This document shows, one piece after another, positions 1-7,845 of a stretch of 31,540 bases of DNA (within the stretch, counting starts at the first letter, position 1; each line of letters begins with the position of its first letter). A program made the position numbers and the translations under genes. Location of the stretch: IMG/VR virus record IMGVR_UViG_3300049488_000031, positions 1 to 31,540 of that record; one strand, given 5' to 3'. This stretch comes from a virus. Taxonomy: Duplodnaviria; Caudoviricetes. The notes under the pieces are model-generated. The model made no database searches, had not been told where the DNA came from, and was given only the letters and a program-made list of their open reading frames with translations.

Positions 1-152
1 AGGTGGGCTGGAGTGGCCCCTGTGCGGGCACGCACTAGGGCCAGTCGGTTCGCTATAGCGGCGCCAGCGTTGTCCCCGGCGGCTAGGCAAGCTCTATGCC
101 AAGCCTACGGCCTAGGGGGAAATTATTTCGAGCCTTCCCCTGCTCTTTCCGC

Positions 153-181
153 TTGCTTTACACCCCGCCCTGTGCAATATT
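153..181 (+). promoter_or_regulatory. Putative sigma70-type promoter (TTGCTT-N17-AATATT) upstream of gene 224
   Basis: -35-like TTGCTT at 153-158 and -10-like AATATT at 176-181. The same GCTTGC core recurs at 967-972 ahead of the next transcription unit. Confidence 0.4.
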
Positions 182-223
182 CACCCTCGGCGCAATCATG
201 TGCCGCAAAAAAGGACTACCCAA

Positions 224-766
224 ATGGCTGCTGAAGCAAAGACTGAAAAGCGCAAGGTCAACGAGAAGGACGCCCTTGACGCCGCCGGAAATCCGGTCTC
301 CGATTACACCGAGGCCGTTTCCGCCCGTATTACCCATCTCGCCACCAAGGCCAGCACTTCCCGCTCGTTTGCCCACATTCCTGCCCCCATCGACAGGGCG
401 TTCGCAATTGAGGGTTGGTTGAACAAGGCCGGACACGCGGTTAACTCGGCCACCAATGGTCCCAATGCCGACAACGACGTCCAATCCGCCCTTGACGCTT
501 TCACCGCCAATGTTGACGAGGGTGGTTGGACCAACCGCTCCGGTGGCAACGAGGTAAACCTTGCCGCGATCCAAGCCGCTTTTGCCCAGATGCGGGGGGC
601 AGACGTCGAACGGGTGAAGGAACTCTGGCCGACGTTTACCGACGAGCAGAAGGCCGGCATCCGGGCCAACCCGCAGGTTCGTCTGCTGGTTCAGGAAGCG
701 AAAACTGCTAAGCTCCGTGCACTGGCAGGCACTGCGGCCGCCACGGACTCCCTGCCCGCGCTGTAA
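224..766 (+). CDS. Phage hypothetical protein (180 aa, helical, basic C-terminus); monocistronic
   Basis: ATG 224 preceded by AAGGA (211-215), so preferred over the track start at 200. Followed by a strong terminator. No catalytic motif recognised. Confidence 0.8.
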   Translation: MAAEAKTEKRKVNEKDALDAAGNPVSDYTEAVSARITHLATKASTSRSFAHIPAPIDRAFAIEGWLNKAGHAVNSATNGPNADNDVQSALDAFTANVDEGGWTNRSGGNEVNLAAIQAAFAQMRGADVERVKELWPTFTDEQKAGIRANPQVRLLVQEAKTAKLRALAGTAAATDSLPAL

Positions 767-791
767 GAAGCCCTGCGACAATACACCACAT

Positions 792-826
792 GGACTAGCG
801 TGGGCAACCTCGCTAGTCTTTTCTTT
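792..826 (+). terminator. Rho-independent terminator
   Basis: GACTAGCG-T-GG-GCAA-CC-T-CGCTAGTC stem with a GNRA (GCAA) loop, followed by TTTTCTTT, about 25 nt after the stop at 766. Confidence 0.9.
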
Positions 827-968
827 GTCCGAGCCTGTCAGGTGCGGAGGAAGTCTTACGGTCCCACCCCCTACATCCACCCCAAGGGAGTCCCGGCTGC
901 CAGAGATTACAAGACATCCCACGCCGTACGTGGTGCGTGGACCATAAAGGGCCACTCAGGAAATCAGC

Positions 969-997
969 TTGCAATGGCTACGCCATTCAGCCATCCT
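969..997 (+). promoter_or_regulatory. Putative promoter for the structural operon (TTGCAA-N17-CATCCT)
   Basis: TTGCAA at 969-974, 17-nt spacer, CATCCT at 992-997. It lies just upstream of the RBS and ATG 1029, after the terminator. Confidence 0.35.
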
Positions 998-1028
998 CCC
1001 TACCGTCCCCCTTTTTCAGGAGCCCACC

Positions 1029-1268
1029 ATGGCCCGAACAGACCCCGCCCGTTACTGCCGCCCCATCACGCCGTCCGACACCGATGCCCTCGGCTACACC
1101 TGCCGCTCAGTCCGTTGCACAGGGGCCGGCAACGTCACCGGTTACCTAGCGGGCGAGCCAACGACGCTCCGAACCTGCGCCTTCACCGCAGGGGAGTCCC
1201 GCGCCTTGGAGTTCTTCCACATTCGAGCGACCTCCACCACGGCGACCGGCTTAGAAGGAATGTATTAA
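1029..1268 (+). CDS. Capsid vertex spike base protein, RcGTA Rcc01079-like (79 aa)
   Basis: ATG 1029 with AGGAG RBS. The pattern ITPSD...R(S/A)xxxxGAGNV...AG...IRATSTTATGL matches the Rcc01079 spike-base family as recalled. Confidence 0.75.
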   Translation: MARTDPARYCRPITPSDTDALGYTCRSVRCTGAGNVTGYLAGEPTTLRTCAFTAGESRALEFFHIRATSTTATGLEGMY

Positions 1269-1269
1269 T

Positions 1270-1647
1270 ATGGCTGTGACCTATGCGAGTGGTGTCAAGA
1301 CAACAAGAATGCAGGCGGTACGGGACGCTATCGATGCGGGGTCGGCGGCGGGTAAGCTGGAAATCGGTACAGCTAGCATGGCCTCGGTCCTCGCTACGAT
1401 CACGCTGGCCGATCCGGCTTCGACGGTTTCCGGCAATGTGCTGACCTTGGCGGGCGTTCCCAGGTCCGATACCAGCGCCGATGCGACCGGCACGGCTGCC
1501 GAAGCGCGTATCCGGGACAGCGACAACAACAATGTTGTGACCGGCCTTACGGTCGGGCTTTCAGGAACCGATATCGTGCTGGACTCGCTGTCGATTACGG
1601 CGGGGCAGACCGTCACCATCAACTCTGGCACGATCACGCACGGGTAA
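1270..1647 (+). CDS. Small beta-rich virion structural protein (125 aa), probable fibre subunit
   Basis: T/G/A/S/V-rich, with motifs LATITLADP, DTSADATGTAAEARI and SITAGQTVTINSGTIT typical of small phage fibre-associated proteins. Starts 1 nt after the previous stop. Confidence 0.65.
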   Translation: MAVTYASGVKTTRMQAVRDAIDAGSAAGKLEIGTASMASVLATITLADPASTVSGNVLTLAGVPRSDTSADATGTAAEARIRDSDNNNVVTGLTVGLSGTDIVLDSLSITAGQTVTINSGTITHG

Positions 1648-1656
1648 CAGAACAGA

Positions 1657-2226
1657 ATGGCTTATCCGAATCCCTCCTCTTATGTCCCATTAGTGATTGG
1701 CCGCACCGATGGCCCCGCCCTAACTGCTGCTGCCGCCGCATCGTGTATTCCGGTTGCCGACCGGCTGATCCTACCAAACAATTACTGGACCGTGGGCAAG
1801 CACTGGAAGGTCGTCATTGCAGGCCGCATTTCCTGCGTGATCACAACGCCCGGCACAATGCGTTTCGATTTCAGAACTGGCCCGTCAGGAACTATTGTAG
1901 CTTTTGATACCGGAGCCATCAACCTCAATATCGTCGCCAAGACCAACGTGCCATTTCTTTTTGAAGTCGATTTGATCTGTCGTGCTGTAGGTAATAGTAC
2001 GACGTCGAATCTATTCGGCATGGGGCGATTGCAGTCGGAAGCAATTGTCGGCTCAAGCCTTCCTACAGTAGGCGGAAACGGGTCAATCCTAGCTCCGACT
2101 AGTGCGCCCGCTGTCGGAACCGGGTTTGACAACACAGCAGCAAACGCGGTAGATTTCTTCTTCACCCAAACCGTGGCAACCGGCTCCATGACGGTCCATC
2201 AATACATGATCTACGAAGGCATTTGA
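1657..2226 (+). CDS. Beta-sandwich virion protein (189 aa), possible fibre tip
   Basis: Clean ATG-TGA ORF with an alternating beta-strand pattern, inside the spike cassette. Confidence 0.6.
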   Translation: MAYPNPSSYVPLVIGRTDGPALTAAAAASCIPVADRLILPNNYWTVGKHWKVVIAGRISCVITTPGTMRFDFRTGPSGTIVAFDTGAINLNIVAKTNVPFLFEVDLICRAVGNSTTSNLFGMGRLQSEAIVGSSLPTVGGNGSILAPTSAPAVGTGFDNTAANAVDFFFTQTVATGSMTVHQYMIYEGI

Positions 2227-2227
2227 T

Positions 2228-2965
2228 GTGAGTCAAGGGACTACAGCAGCGCGACCTTTCGCACGAATGGGTTGGGGCGGTAAGACGGCACAGGCCTTTC
2301 GAGGCATGCCGCAGCGTCGCCCCGACAGATTTGCTCGGATAGGTACGGAAGTCTACAGGAAAAAGGCGCTGGGCACGCTATTTCCTGTTTCAGCTGTGAT
2401 GACAGCAGTCGAGGGCGGTGATGCTGCCGCTCTTATCGGAATGGTGCTGAGCCAAGGCACGTTGGCTGCGACTGGGACTATCGACACAGCTACAATGGCC
2501 GGTGCAATTCTTGTTTCCGGTGCACTTGCTGTAACATCTTCAGTCTTAGACGTAGCCGGATTTACAGGCGGAGTTCGGATCGGCGCAAGTGCGGCCATGA
2601 TCGAACCGCTAGATATAGCCAGTCTAAGTGGTGTTGTGCCTGTTCGCGGTACATTGTCCAGAACGGACGCACAAGATACCGCTACTGCAATTGGTTCCGT
2701 CATCGTGACAGGAGTCGCAGCACTAATCGAACCTGCCGATCTTACTACTATGTCTGGCGCAGTCGTTATTGGTGGAGTAGAGACGGTTACAGAAGAGCCG
2801 GACATTATTGCGGTGTTCGGAGTGCTTAAGGTGCAGGGCATATTGTCATTGATTGATAATGTGGACGTCTGTTCTATTGTAGGCCAGATCGGCTCTTCTA
2901 CCAACTCTCACTGGCGTTGTGGGCACGCTACAGGGAATTGCTTAACTCTTGGACTTGGTATATAA
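2228..2965 (+). CDS. Repeat-containing head fibre/scaffold protein (245 aa; 8 x ~21-aa repeats; C-terminal LTLGLGI)
   Basis: GTG start after GAAGG. Invariant D-x5-G every 21 aa (D at 65, 86, 108, 129, 150, 171, 192, 213). Start codon uncertain; alternative ATG at 2267. Confidence 0.65.
   Translation: MSQGTTAARPFARMGWGGKTAQAFRGMPQRRPDRFARIGTEVYRKKALGTLFPVSAVMTAVEGGDAAALIGMVLSQGTLAATGTIDTATMAGAILVSGALAVTSSVLDVAGFTGGVRIGASAAMIEPLDIASLSGVVPVRGTLSRTDAQDTATAIGSVIVTGVAALIEPADLTTMSGAVVIGGVETVTEEPDIIAVFGVLKVQGILSLIDNVDVCSIVGQIGSSTNSHWRCGHATGNCLTLGLGI
2393..2896 (+). repeat. Eight degenerate 21-codon tandem repeats (protein level)
   Basis: Examples: GTLAATGTIDTATMAGAILVS / GTLSRTDAQDTATAIGSVIVT / GVAALIEPADLTTMSGAVVIG. 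Confidence 0.85.
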
Positions 2966-2978
2966 AGGAGTCCCCCCA

Positions 2979-3530
2979 ATGTCTACCTCCCTAGCCCGAC
3001 CCACCGACTATGTCATGCAGCGCGAGACCGTGGTGGCGCGGGCCAACGAGCGTCCGCGCTTCTGGTACGAGGCCATTATCGACTGGCTGATCGACAACCC
3101 CGGTGGCTCTTACGAAGCCTGCGGTGTGGCCCTCGGGCGCTCAGCGACCTACATCGGTATGCTGATGAAGTCGGAGTTCCTCCAGGCCCGCCTCGCCCAG
3201 CGCCGAGCCGAGCGCCGTTCCGCCGTGGACCAAATGATTATTGAGAAAGCCAGCGGGGTAGTCTCCAAGGGCCTTGACATCCTCACCGAACGGTTCAGCG
3301 AAAACACCGACCGCCTTTCCACCGCCCTCGTTGCCGACACCACCCGGAACCTGCTTAGTGTTATGGGTTACTCACCTACCCGAGTGGGCGAACCTCCGCC
3401 TCCCCAGCAGGTGACTCAAGTTTTTGTCCAAGTTCCTGGCGACCTCCTTGCGGCTGCCCGAGCCAAAGCCCGTACGATCGAGCATGAGCCCTCACCTCCA
3501 GCAGTCCTGGCCTCCCCCAATGGGACTTGA
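2979..3530 (+). CDS. Putative terminase small subunit (183 aa, N-terminal HTH-like region plus helical region)
   Basis: AAGGAG at 2965-2970 supports ATG 2979. The segment IIDWLIDNPGGSYEACGVALGRSATYIGMLM is HTH-like. Position upstream of TerL. Confidence 0.55.
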   Translation: MSTSLARPTDYVMQRETVVARANERPRFWYEAIIDWLIDNPGGSYEACGVALGRSATYIGMLMKSEFLQARLAQRRAERRSAVDQMIIEKASGVVSKGLDILTERFSENTDRLSTALVADTTRNLLSVMGYSPTRVGEPPPPQQVTQVFVQVPGDLLAAARAKARTIEHEPSPPAVLASPNGT

Positions 3531-4050
3531 TTACATCCACTACCAGCCGGGGACTACCCTATTCCACTCCCACGTTCGCGCCCCGCAGGGCATCAGGAAC
3601 TCCCGACTGCTTAGCGAGGCCCCACTGAAGTTCGACAACCGGGGACAAAGTCGGGCGCAACGGGATGGGAAAAGGTATGAGAGGAAGGTTCTCCGTTACC
3701 TCAGCGAACGGTTCCCCTTCCTCCTTCAAAGTCCCTGGTTCGGTTACGAGGATCAGGACGGGAAATCCCGCTACTGCCAGCCCGACGGCTTGTTCGTTAC
3801 CTCCGGCAGCCCCCGCATTATTATCCTGGAAGTCAAGCGCCGGCACACAACCGACGCCTGGTTCCAGCTTCGGAAGTTGTATGAACCCGTCGTTCGAGCC
3901 GCTTACCAAGATATTCCGACTTCCGTTTGCGAGGTGACAATGAATTTCGACTGCACTCAGCCGTGGCCCGAGACCGTGGCTTTTTGCTCCACACCCGAGG
4001 ACATTCTAGCCCTCGGTCCTGTCTTTGGGGTCTTCCAATGGCGGAAGTAA
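3520..4050 (+). CDS. PD-(D/E)xK-superfamily nuclease (176 aa)
   Basis: YE(RKV)...QPDGL...IIILEVK...WFQLRKLY gives the E...PD...ExK...QxxxxY catalytic pattern. ATG 3520 overlaps the TerS stop. Confidence 0.75.
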   Translation: MGLDYIHYQPGTTLFHSHVRAPQGIRNSRLLSEAPLKFDNRGQSRAQRDGKRYERKVLRYLSERFPFLLQSPWFGYEDQDGKSRYCQPDGLFVTSGSPRIIILEVKRRHTTDAWFQLRKLYEPVVRAAYQDIPTSVCEVTMNFDCTQPWPETVAFCSTPEDILALGPVFGVFQWRK

Positions 4051-5633
4051 CCCCAGACCTTGCGAAGCAAGGCCTACATACCGTACCGGGTCAGCAAGGC
4101 CTAGAACAGCTCTTACCTCTTGCTCACGTAGGGCTCCCGCAAGCATCGCTGTCCCTCAACGAGCTCGTGATGCTCTGCGCCGTAGACACCGACCTTTTTG
4201 CCCATACCTTCTTCCCCAAGACCTTCCGGCAGGCCTCGGCCGCCCTCCACAAGCGGATGTGGGAGCCCCTTGATAATCCGAGGAAACCGTTCGTCCTCCT
4301 CGCCTCTTTTCGGGGTTCTTCCAAGACGACCAGGGCCCGAGCCTTCATTGCTAAGAGGATTGCCTTTGGTCTGTCCAAAACGATCCTCTACCTGGGCGCG
4401 AGCGAGGACCATGCCTTGCGCTCCGTGCAGTGGATTCGCCAGCAAGTGGAGAAGAATGAGCTTTATGCAAAAACCTTCGGACTTGAGCCGGGCCGCAAGT
4501 GGCAGGAGCATGAGGCGCAGATATTTCGCAAGACGGAGAACGACACAGCGTGGATCATTGGAGCAGGCATTACCTCTCAGGGTCTGCGCGGGATCAATTT
4601 CGACGACTATCGTCCTGATCTTATCGTCATTGACGACGCCATTACCGACGAGAATGCGTCGACCCAAGACCAGCGGGAGAAGATTAAGAATACAATCTTT
4701 GGTGCTGTGGTCCCGTCGCTGGCCCCTTCGACAGAGGCTCCGAATCGCAAGATCGTGATGTTGCAGACCCCCATTAATGCGGACGATGCGGCGGCCCAGG
4801 CGATGCAAGATCCGATGTGGGCGACATATTCGTTCCCTTGTTGGACCGGGGAGACGCTGGACGCTCCCGCGAACGAGCAAATCTCGGCCTGGCCAGAACG
4901 CTTCACGACTCAGGAACTCCGCAGTCTGAAGGCTAACTACCTGGCCCAAAATCGCTTATCGGTCTGGATGCGAGAGTTCGAGTGTCGAATAACTTCTGCC
5001 GAGAAGATGGCGTTCCGGCCAGAATGGTGGAATACTTGGGAAGGCCCGGACCCGCAAGGTTCCACAATTATTGTAATTGATCCGGTCCCGCCGCCGAGCG
5101 AGGTGCAAATTGCTAAAGGTCTCAAAGGCAAGGACTGGGAAGTCCACACGGTGCTCAGGCGGACTAAGGGTCAATATTACGTCCTGGAATACCGGCGCAA
5201 TCGAGGCCACGAGCCGAACTGGACTCTAGCAACTTTGTTCGAACTGGCTGCAATCTATAAGCCGGTCCGAATTGTCTTCGAAGCCGTCGCATACCAAAGA
5301 GTCTTGGACTACCTTATTCGAACTGAGATGAGCCGTCGGGGCATCTACTATGCCTTGGTCCCGGTGGTTGACAAGCAGTCGAAGTACAATCGTATACTTT
5401 CCGCCATGACTGGATTGGCCTCGCAAGGAGCCTTACACTTCCGTGAGTCTATGGTGGAACTCCACGCCGAATTTGTCGCTTATCCTAGCACAACCCACGA
5501 CGACATCCTTGACTCTATCGCCATTGGTCTGATTAACTTCCGTCAGCCCGTTCTTGAGCTTGACCAATCTGACTACACTGAAATTGACGAATCCGCCTAT
5601 GAAACCCTCGTCCCCGCAGGAGCCTGTCCATGA
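4038..5633 (+). CDS. terL: Terminase large subunit (531 aa)
   Basis: Walker A-like FRGSSKTT, Walker B LIVIDD, RNase H-like IVIDP and C-terminal HDDILDS. Directly upstream of the portal. ATG 4038 preferred over the track start at 3927. Confidence 0.93.
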   Translation: MAEVTPDLAKQGLHTVPGQQGLEQLLPLAHVGLPQASLSLNELVMLCAVDTDLFAHTFFPKTFRQASAALHKRMWEPLDNPRKPFVLLASFRGSSKTTRARAFIAKRIAFGLSKTILYLGASEDHALRSVQWIRQQVEKNELYAKTFGLEPGRKWQEHEAQIFRKTENDTAWIIGAGITSQGLRGINFDDYRPDLIVIDDAITDENASTQDQREKIKNTIFGAVVPSLAPSTEAPNRKIVMLQTPINADDAAAQAMQDPMWATYSFPCWTGETLDAPANEQISAWPERFTTQELRSLKANYLAQNRLSVWMREFECRITSAEKMAFRPEWWNTWEGPDPQGSTIIVIDPVPPPSEVQIAKGLKGKDWEVHTVLRRTKGQYYVLEYRRNRGHEPNWTLATLFELAAIYKPVRIVFEAVAYQRVLDYLIRTEMSRRGIYYALVPVVDKQSKYNRILSAMTGLASQGALHFRESMVELHAEFVAYPSTTHDDILDSIAIGLINFRQPVLELDQSDYTEIDESAYETLVPAGACP

Positions 5634-7564
5634 GCATGACCTTAAAGCTTGATCCGAAGGGTGATCTGCACAAGATGCTGGTGAAGAACCTCACCTCCCG
5701 CATCAAAATGGCGGAGTCGAAGCAAAATACCCAACATACTAAATGGAAGAAAGCCGAGGATGCCGTTCTTGCTTATGTTCCGGAAAGCGAGCTAGATGCG
5801 AAGCGACGGACTCAACGCGAGCAGGCTGGTAAACCCACCTACCTGACGATGAAGATCCCGTATTCCTACGCCCTACTTATGACCGCGCATACTTATTGGA
5901 CCTCGGTCTTCCTCGCTCGGACTCCCGTCCACCAGTTTGCCGGGCGTCATGGAGAAACCGAACAGCAGGTTCAAGCAATCGAAGCCTTGATCGCCTATCA
6001 GGTTGAGGTTGGCAATATGCTGCCAGTCTATTATCTTTGGTTCTACGATGTTGGCAAATACGGCGTCGGAATTATTGGTGAATACTGGGACCGCGAGGTT
6101 ATCAACTACTCCGAGCTAACCAGCCAAGTGGACCCTGAAACTGGAAAGCCGGTGATGTTGCAGGTGACGAGCCAAGTCCTTGGTTATCAAGGGACCAAGC
6201 TCCACAACGTGTCGCCGTGGGATTTCCTTCCGGACCCTCGCGTTCCGGTGTCGAATTTCCAACGAGGTGAGTTCGTAGCGATTAAGAGGGAGATCTCTTG
6301 GAACGATGTAATCCGGCGCAAGGCGCAAGGTTACTATATGAATACGGAATTCCTTGCAACCTCGGCAGGGACCGGTCAGGCTGATACCTCGCGCTCTCAA
6401 CTCCTGAGGGCTGATTATACCGACATGACTGTCTTTGATGGGATGGAGAACAAGCATCCGGCCGTCCTCTTCGCCTACGAGACTTACGTCGACTTGATCC
6501 CGAATGAGTGGGGCTTGTCAAAGTCGAATTATCCGGAGAAATGGGTCTTCACCATTACCCGTGACTTGTCCACAATCATTGGAGCCCAGCCTTGCGGCTA
6601 CGCCCACGGACAGTTCCCGTTCTCCGTTCTGGAGCAAGAAGTTGAAGGTTACGGGCTTTGGAACCGTGGTATCCCGGAGCAGGTCGCTCCTATCGAAGAG
6701 ACAATGAACTGGTTGTTGAACTCCCATTTCTACAACGTTCGAGCTGTGCTGAACAATAATTTCATCGCCGATCCGACGAAGTTGGTTTTGAAAGATTTCC
6801 AGAATAACGAGGCCGGTCTGATGATCCGGATGAAGCCCGAGGCGTTTGGCCAGGACATTCGAACGTTCTTCCAGCAAATTCCGGTCCAAGACGTTACTCG
6901 CAACAATATTGCTGACATCCAGGTGATGCTTGGAATTGGCGAGCGGACCACCGGAATTAACGATGCCTTGATGGGAATGATGAATGGTGGGGGCCGTAAG
7001 ACGGCGACCGAGGTGCGTTCAGCCACGGGCTTCGGCATTAATCGGTTGAAAACCGTTTCCGAGTATATGTCAGCCACGGGGTTCTCCTCCCATGCTCGCC
7101 GTCTTGTTCAGCAGTCTCAGCAATACTACGACACAGGAATGAAACTGAAACTTGTGGGGGATATTGCGGAGCAGGATGGTGGACGCTTCGCCATGGTTAC
7201 TCCGGAAATGATTGCAGGGAGCTATGACTTCACTCCCGTTGACGGCACCTTGCCAATCGATCGGATGGCGCAGACGAATATGTGGAAGGAGATCTTGATG
7301 GGGATGCAGCGCATTCCGCAGATCGGGATGACATTCGACATGGCGAAGATCTTCTCCTATATGGCGAGGCTCGCCGGGGTGCGGAATATTAATCAGTTCA
7401 AGCTTGATCCCAAGCAGGCTGCAATGAACCAGATCCAGGCGATGATTGCTCCTGACGAGCAACTTGCGGGCGAGGCTAAGAAAGGCAACTTGGTCCCACT
7501 ACGGCCGAAGCAGAGCGATAATCGGACTACGGGGCTTCGCAATCCTGAGCAAAGGACGCAATGA
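5630..7564 (+). CDS. Portal protein (644 aa)
   Basis: Follows TerL with an ATGA overlap and AGGAG RBS. Motifs KYGVGI, SPWDFLPDP, GQFPF and TGINDALMG...RKTATEV are typical of P22/podovirus portals. Confidence 0.9.
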   Translation: MSMTLKLDPKGDLHKMLVKNLTSRIKMAESKQNTQHTKWKKAEDAVLAYVPESELDAKRRTQREQAGKPTYLTMKIPYSYALLMTAHTYWTSVFLARTPVHQFAGRHGETEQQVQAIEALIAYQVEVGNMLPVYYLWFYDVGKYGVGIIGEYWDREVINYSELTSQVDPETGKPVMLQVTSQVLGYQGTKLHNVSPWDFLPDPRVPVSNFQRGEFVAIKREISWNDVIRRKAQGYYMNTEFLATSAGTGQADTSRSQLLRADYTDMTVFDGMENKHPAVLFAYETYVDLIPNEWGLSKSNYPEKWVFTITRDLSTIIGAQPCGYAHGQFPFSVLEQEVEGYGLWNRGIPEQVAPIEETMNWLLNSHFYNVRAVLNNNFIADPTKLVLKDFQNNEAGLMIRMKPEAFGQDIRTFFQQIPVQDVTRNNIADIQVMLGIGERTTGINDALMGMMNGGGRKTATEVRSATGFGINRLKTVSEYMSATGFSSHARRLVQQSQQYYDTGMKLKLVGDIAEQDGGRFAMVTPEMIAGSYDFTPVDGTLPIDRMAQTNMWKEILMGMQRIPQIGMTFDMAKIFSYMARLAGVRNINQFKLDPKQAAMNQIQAMIAPDEQLAGEAKKGNLVPLRPKQSDNRTTGLRNPEQRTQ

Positions 7565-7845
7565 TGGATGAGGAAGATAAGCGGGTTGTCGAACTGGCTG
7601 ACCTCTTTGCGGGGTTGGCCAAGACGGCTGGTTTTCAGGAATTGAAAGCCCTCGCGCAGGCGAAAGCGGATGAGTTTGTCCTGCGGCTAACGGTCCCAGG
7701 GCACGAGCGGCAGAAGGATGTGCAACAGCCGACGGACGAATATCTGAGAGGGGCCATTTATGGATTGCAGTTTTGCTTCGCCCAGACACGCGCTATTATA
7801 GAGTCTGCCCAGCAACGTAGTCACAAGGACAATGACGATGAATAG
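7561..7845 (+). CDS. Small helical head-assembly-region protein (94 aa)
   Basis: Overlaps the portal stop and occupies the small-gene slot between portal and scaffold. Alternative start at 7564. Confidence 0.65.
   Translation: MMDEEDKRVVELADLFAGLAKTAGFQELKALAQAKADEFVLRLTVPGHERQKDVQQPTDEYLRGAIYGLQFCFAQTRAIIESAQQRSHKDNDDE

Noticed and set aside
158-955. 265-aa minus-strand ORF and other ORFs overlapping 13-1279
   Set aside because: They overlap the RBS-supported gene 224-766 and its terminator, and their translations lack recognisable motifs.
2226-2231. ATG-TGA minimal ORF overlapping the GTG start at 2228
   Set aside because: Easily arises by chance at a TGATGTGA junction; no further support for a regulatory role.
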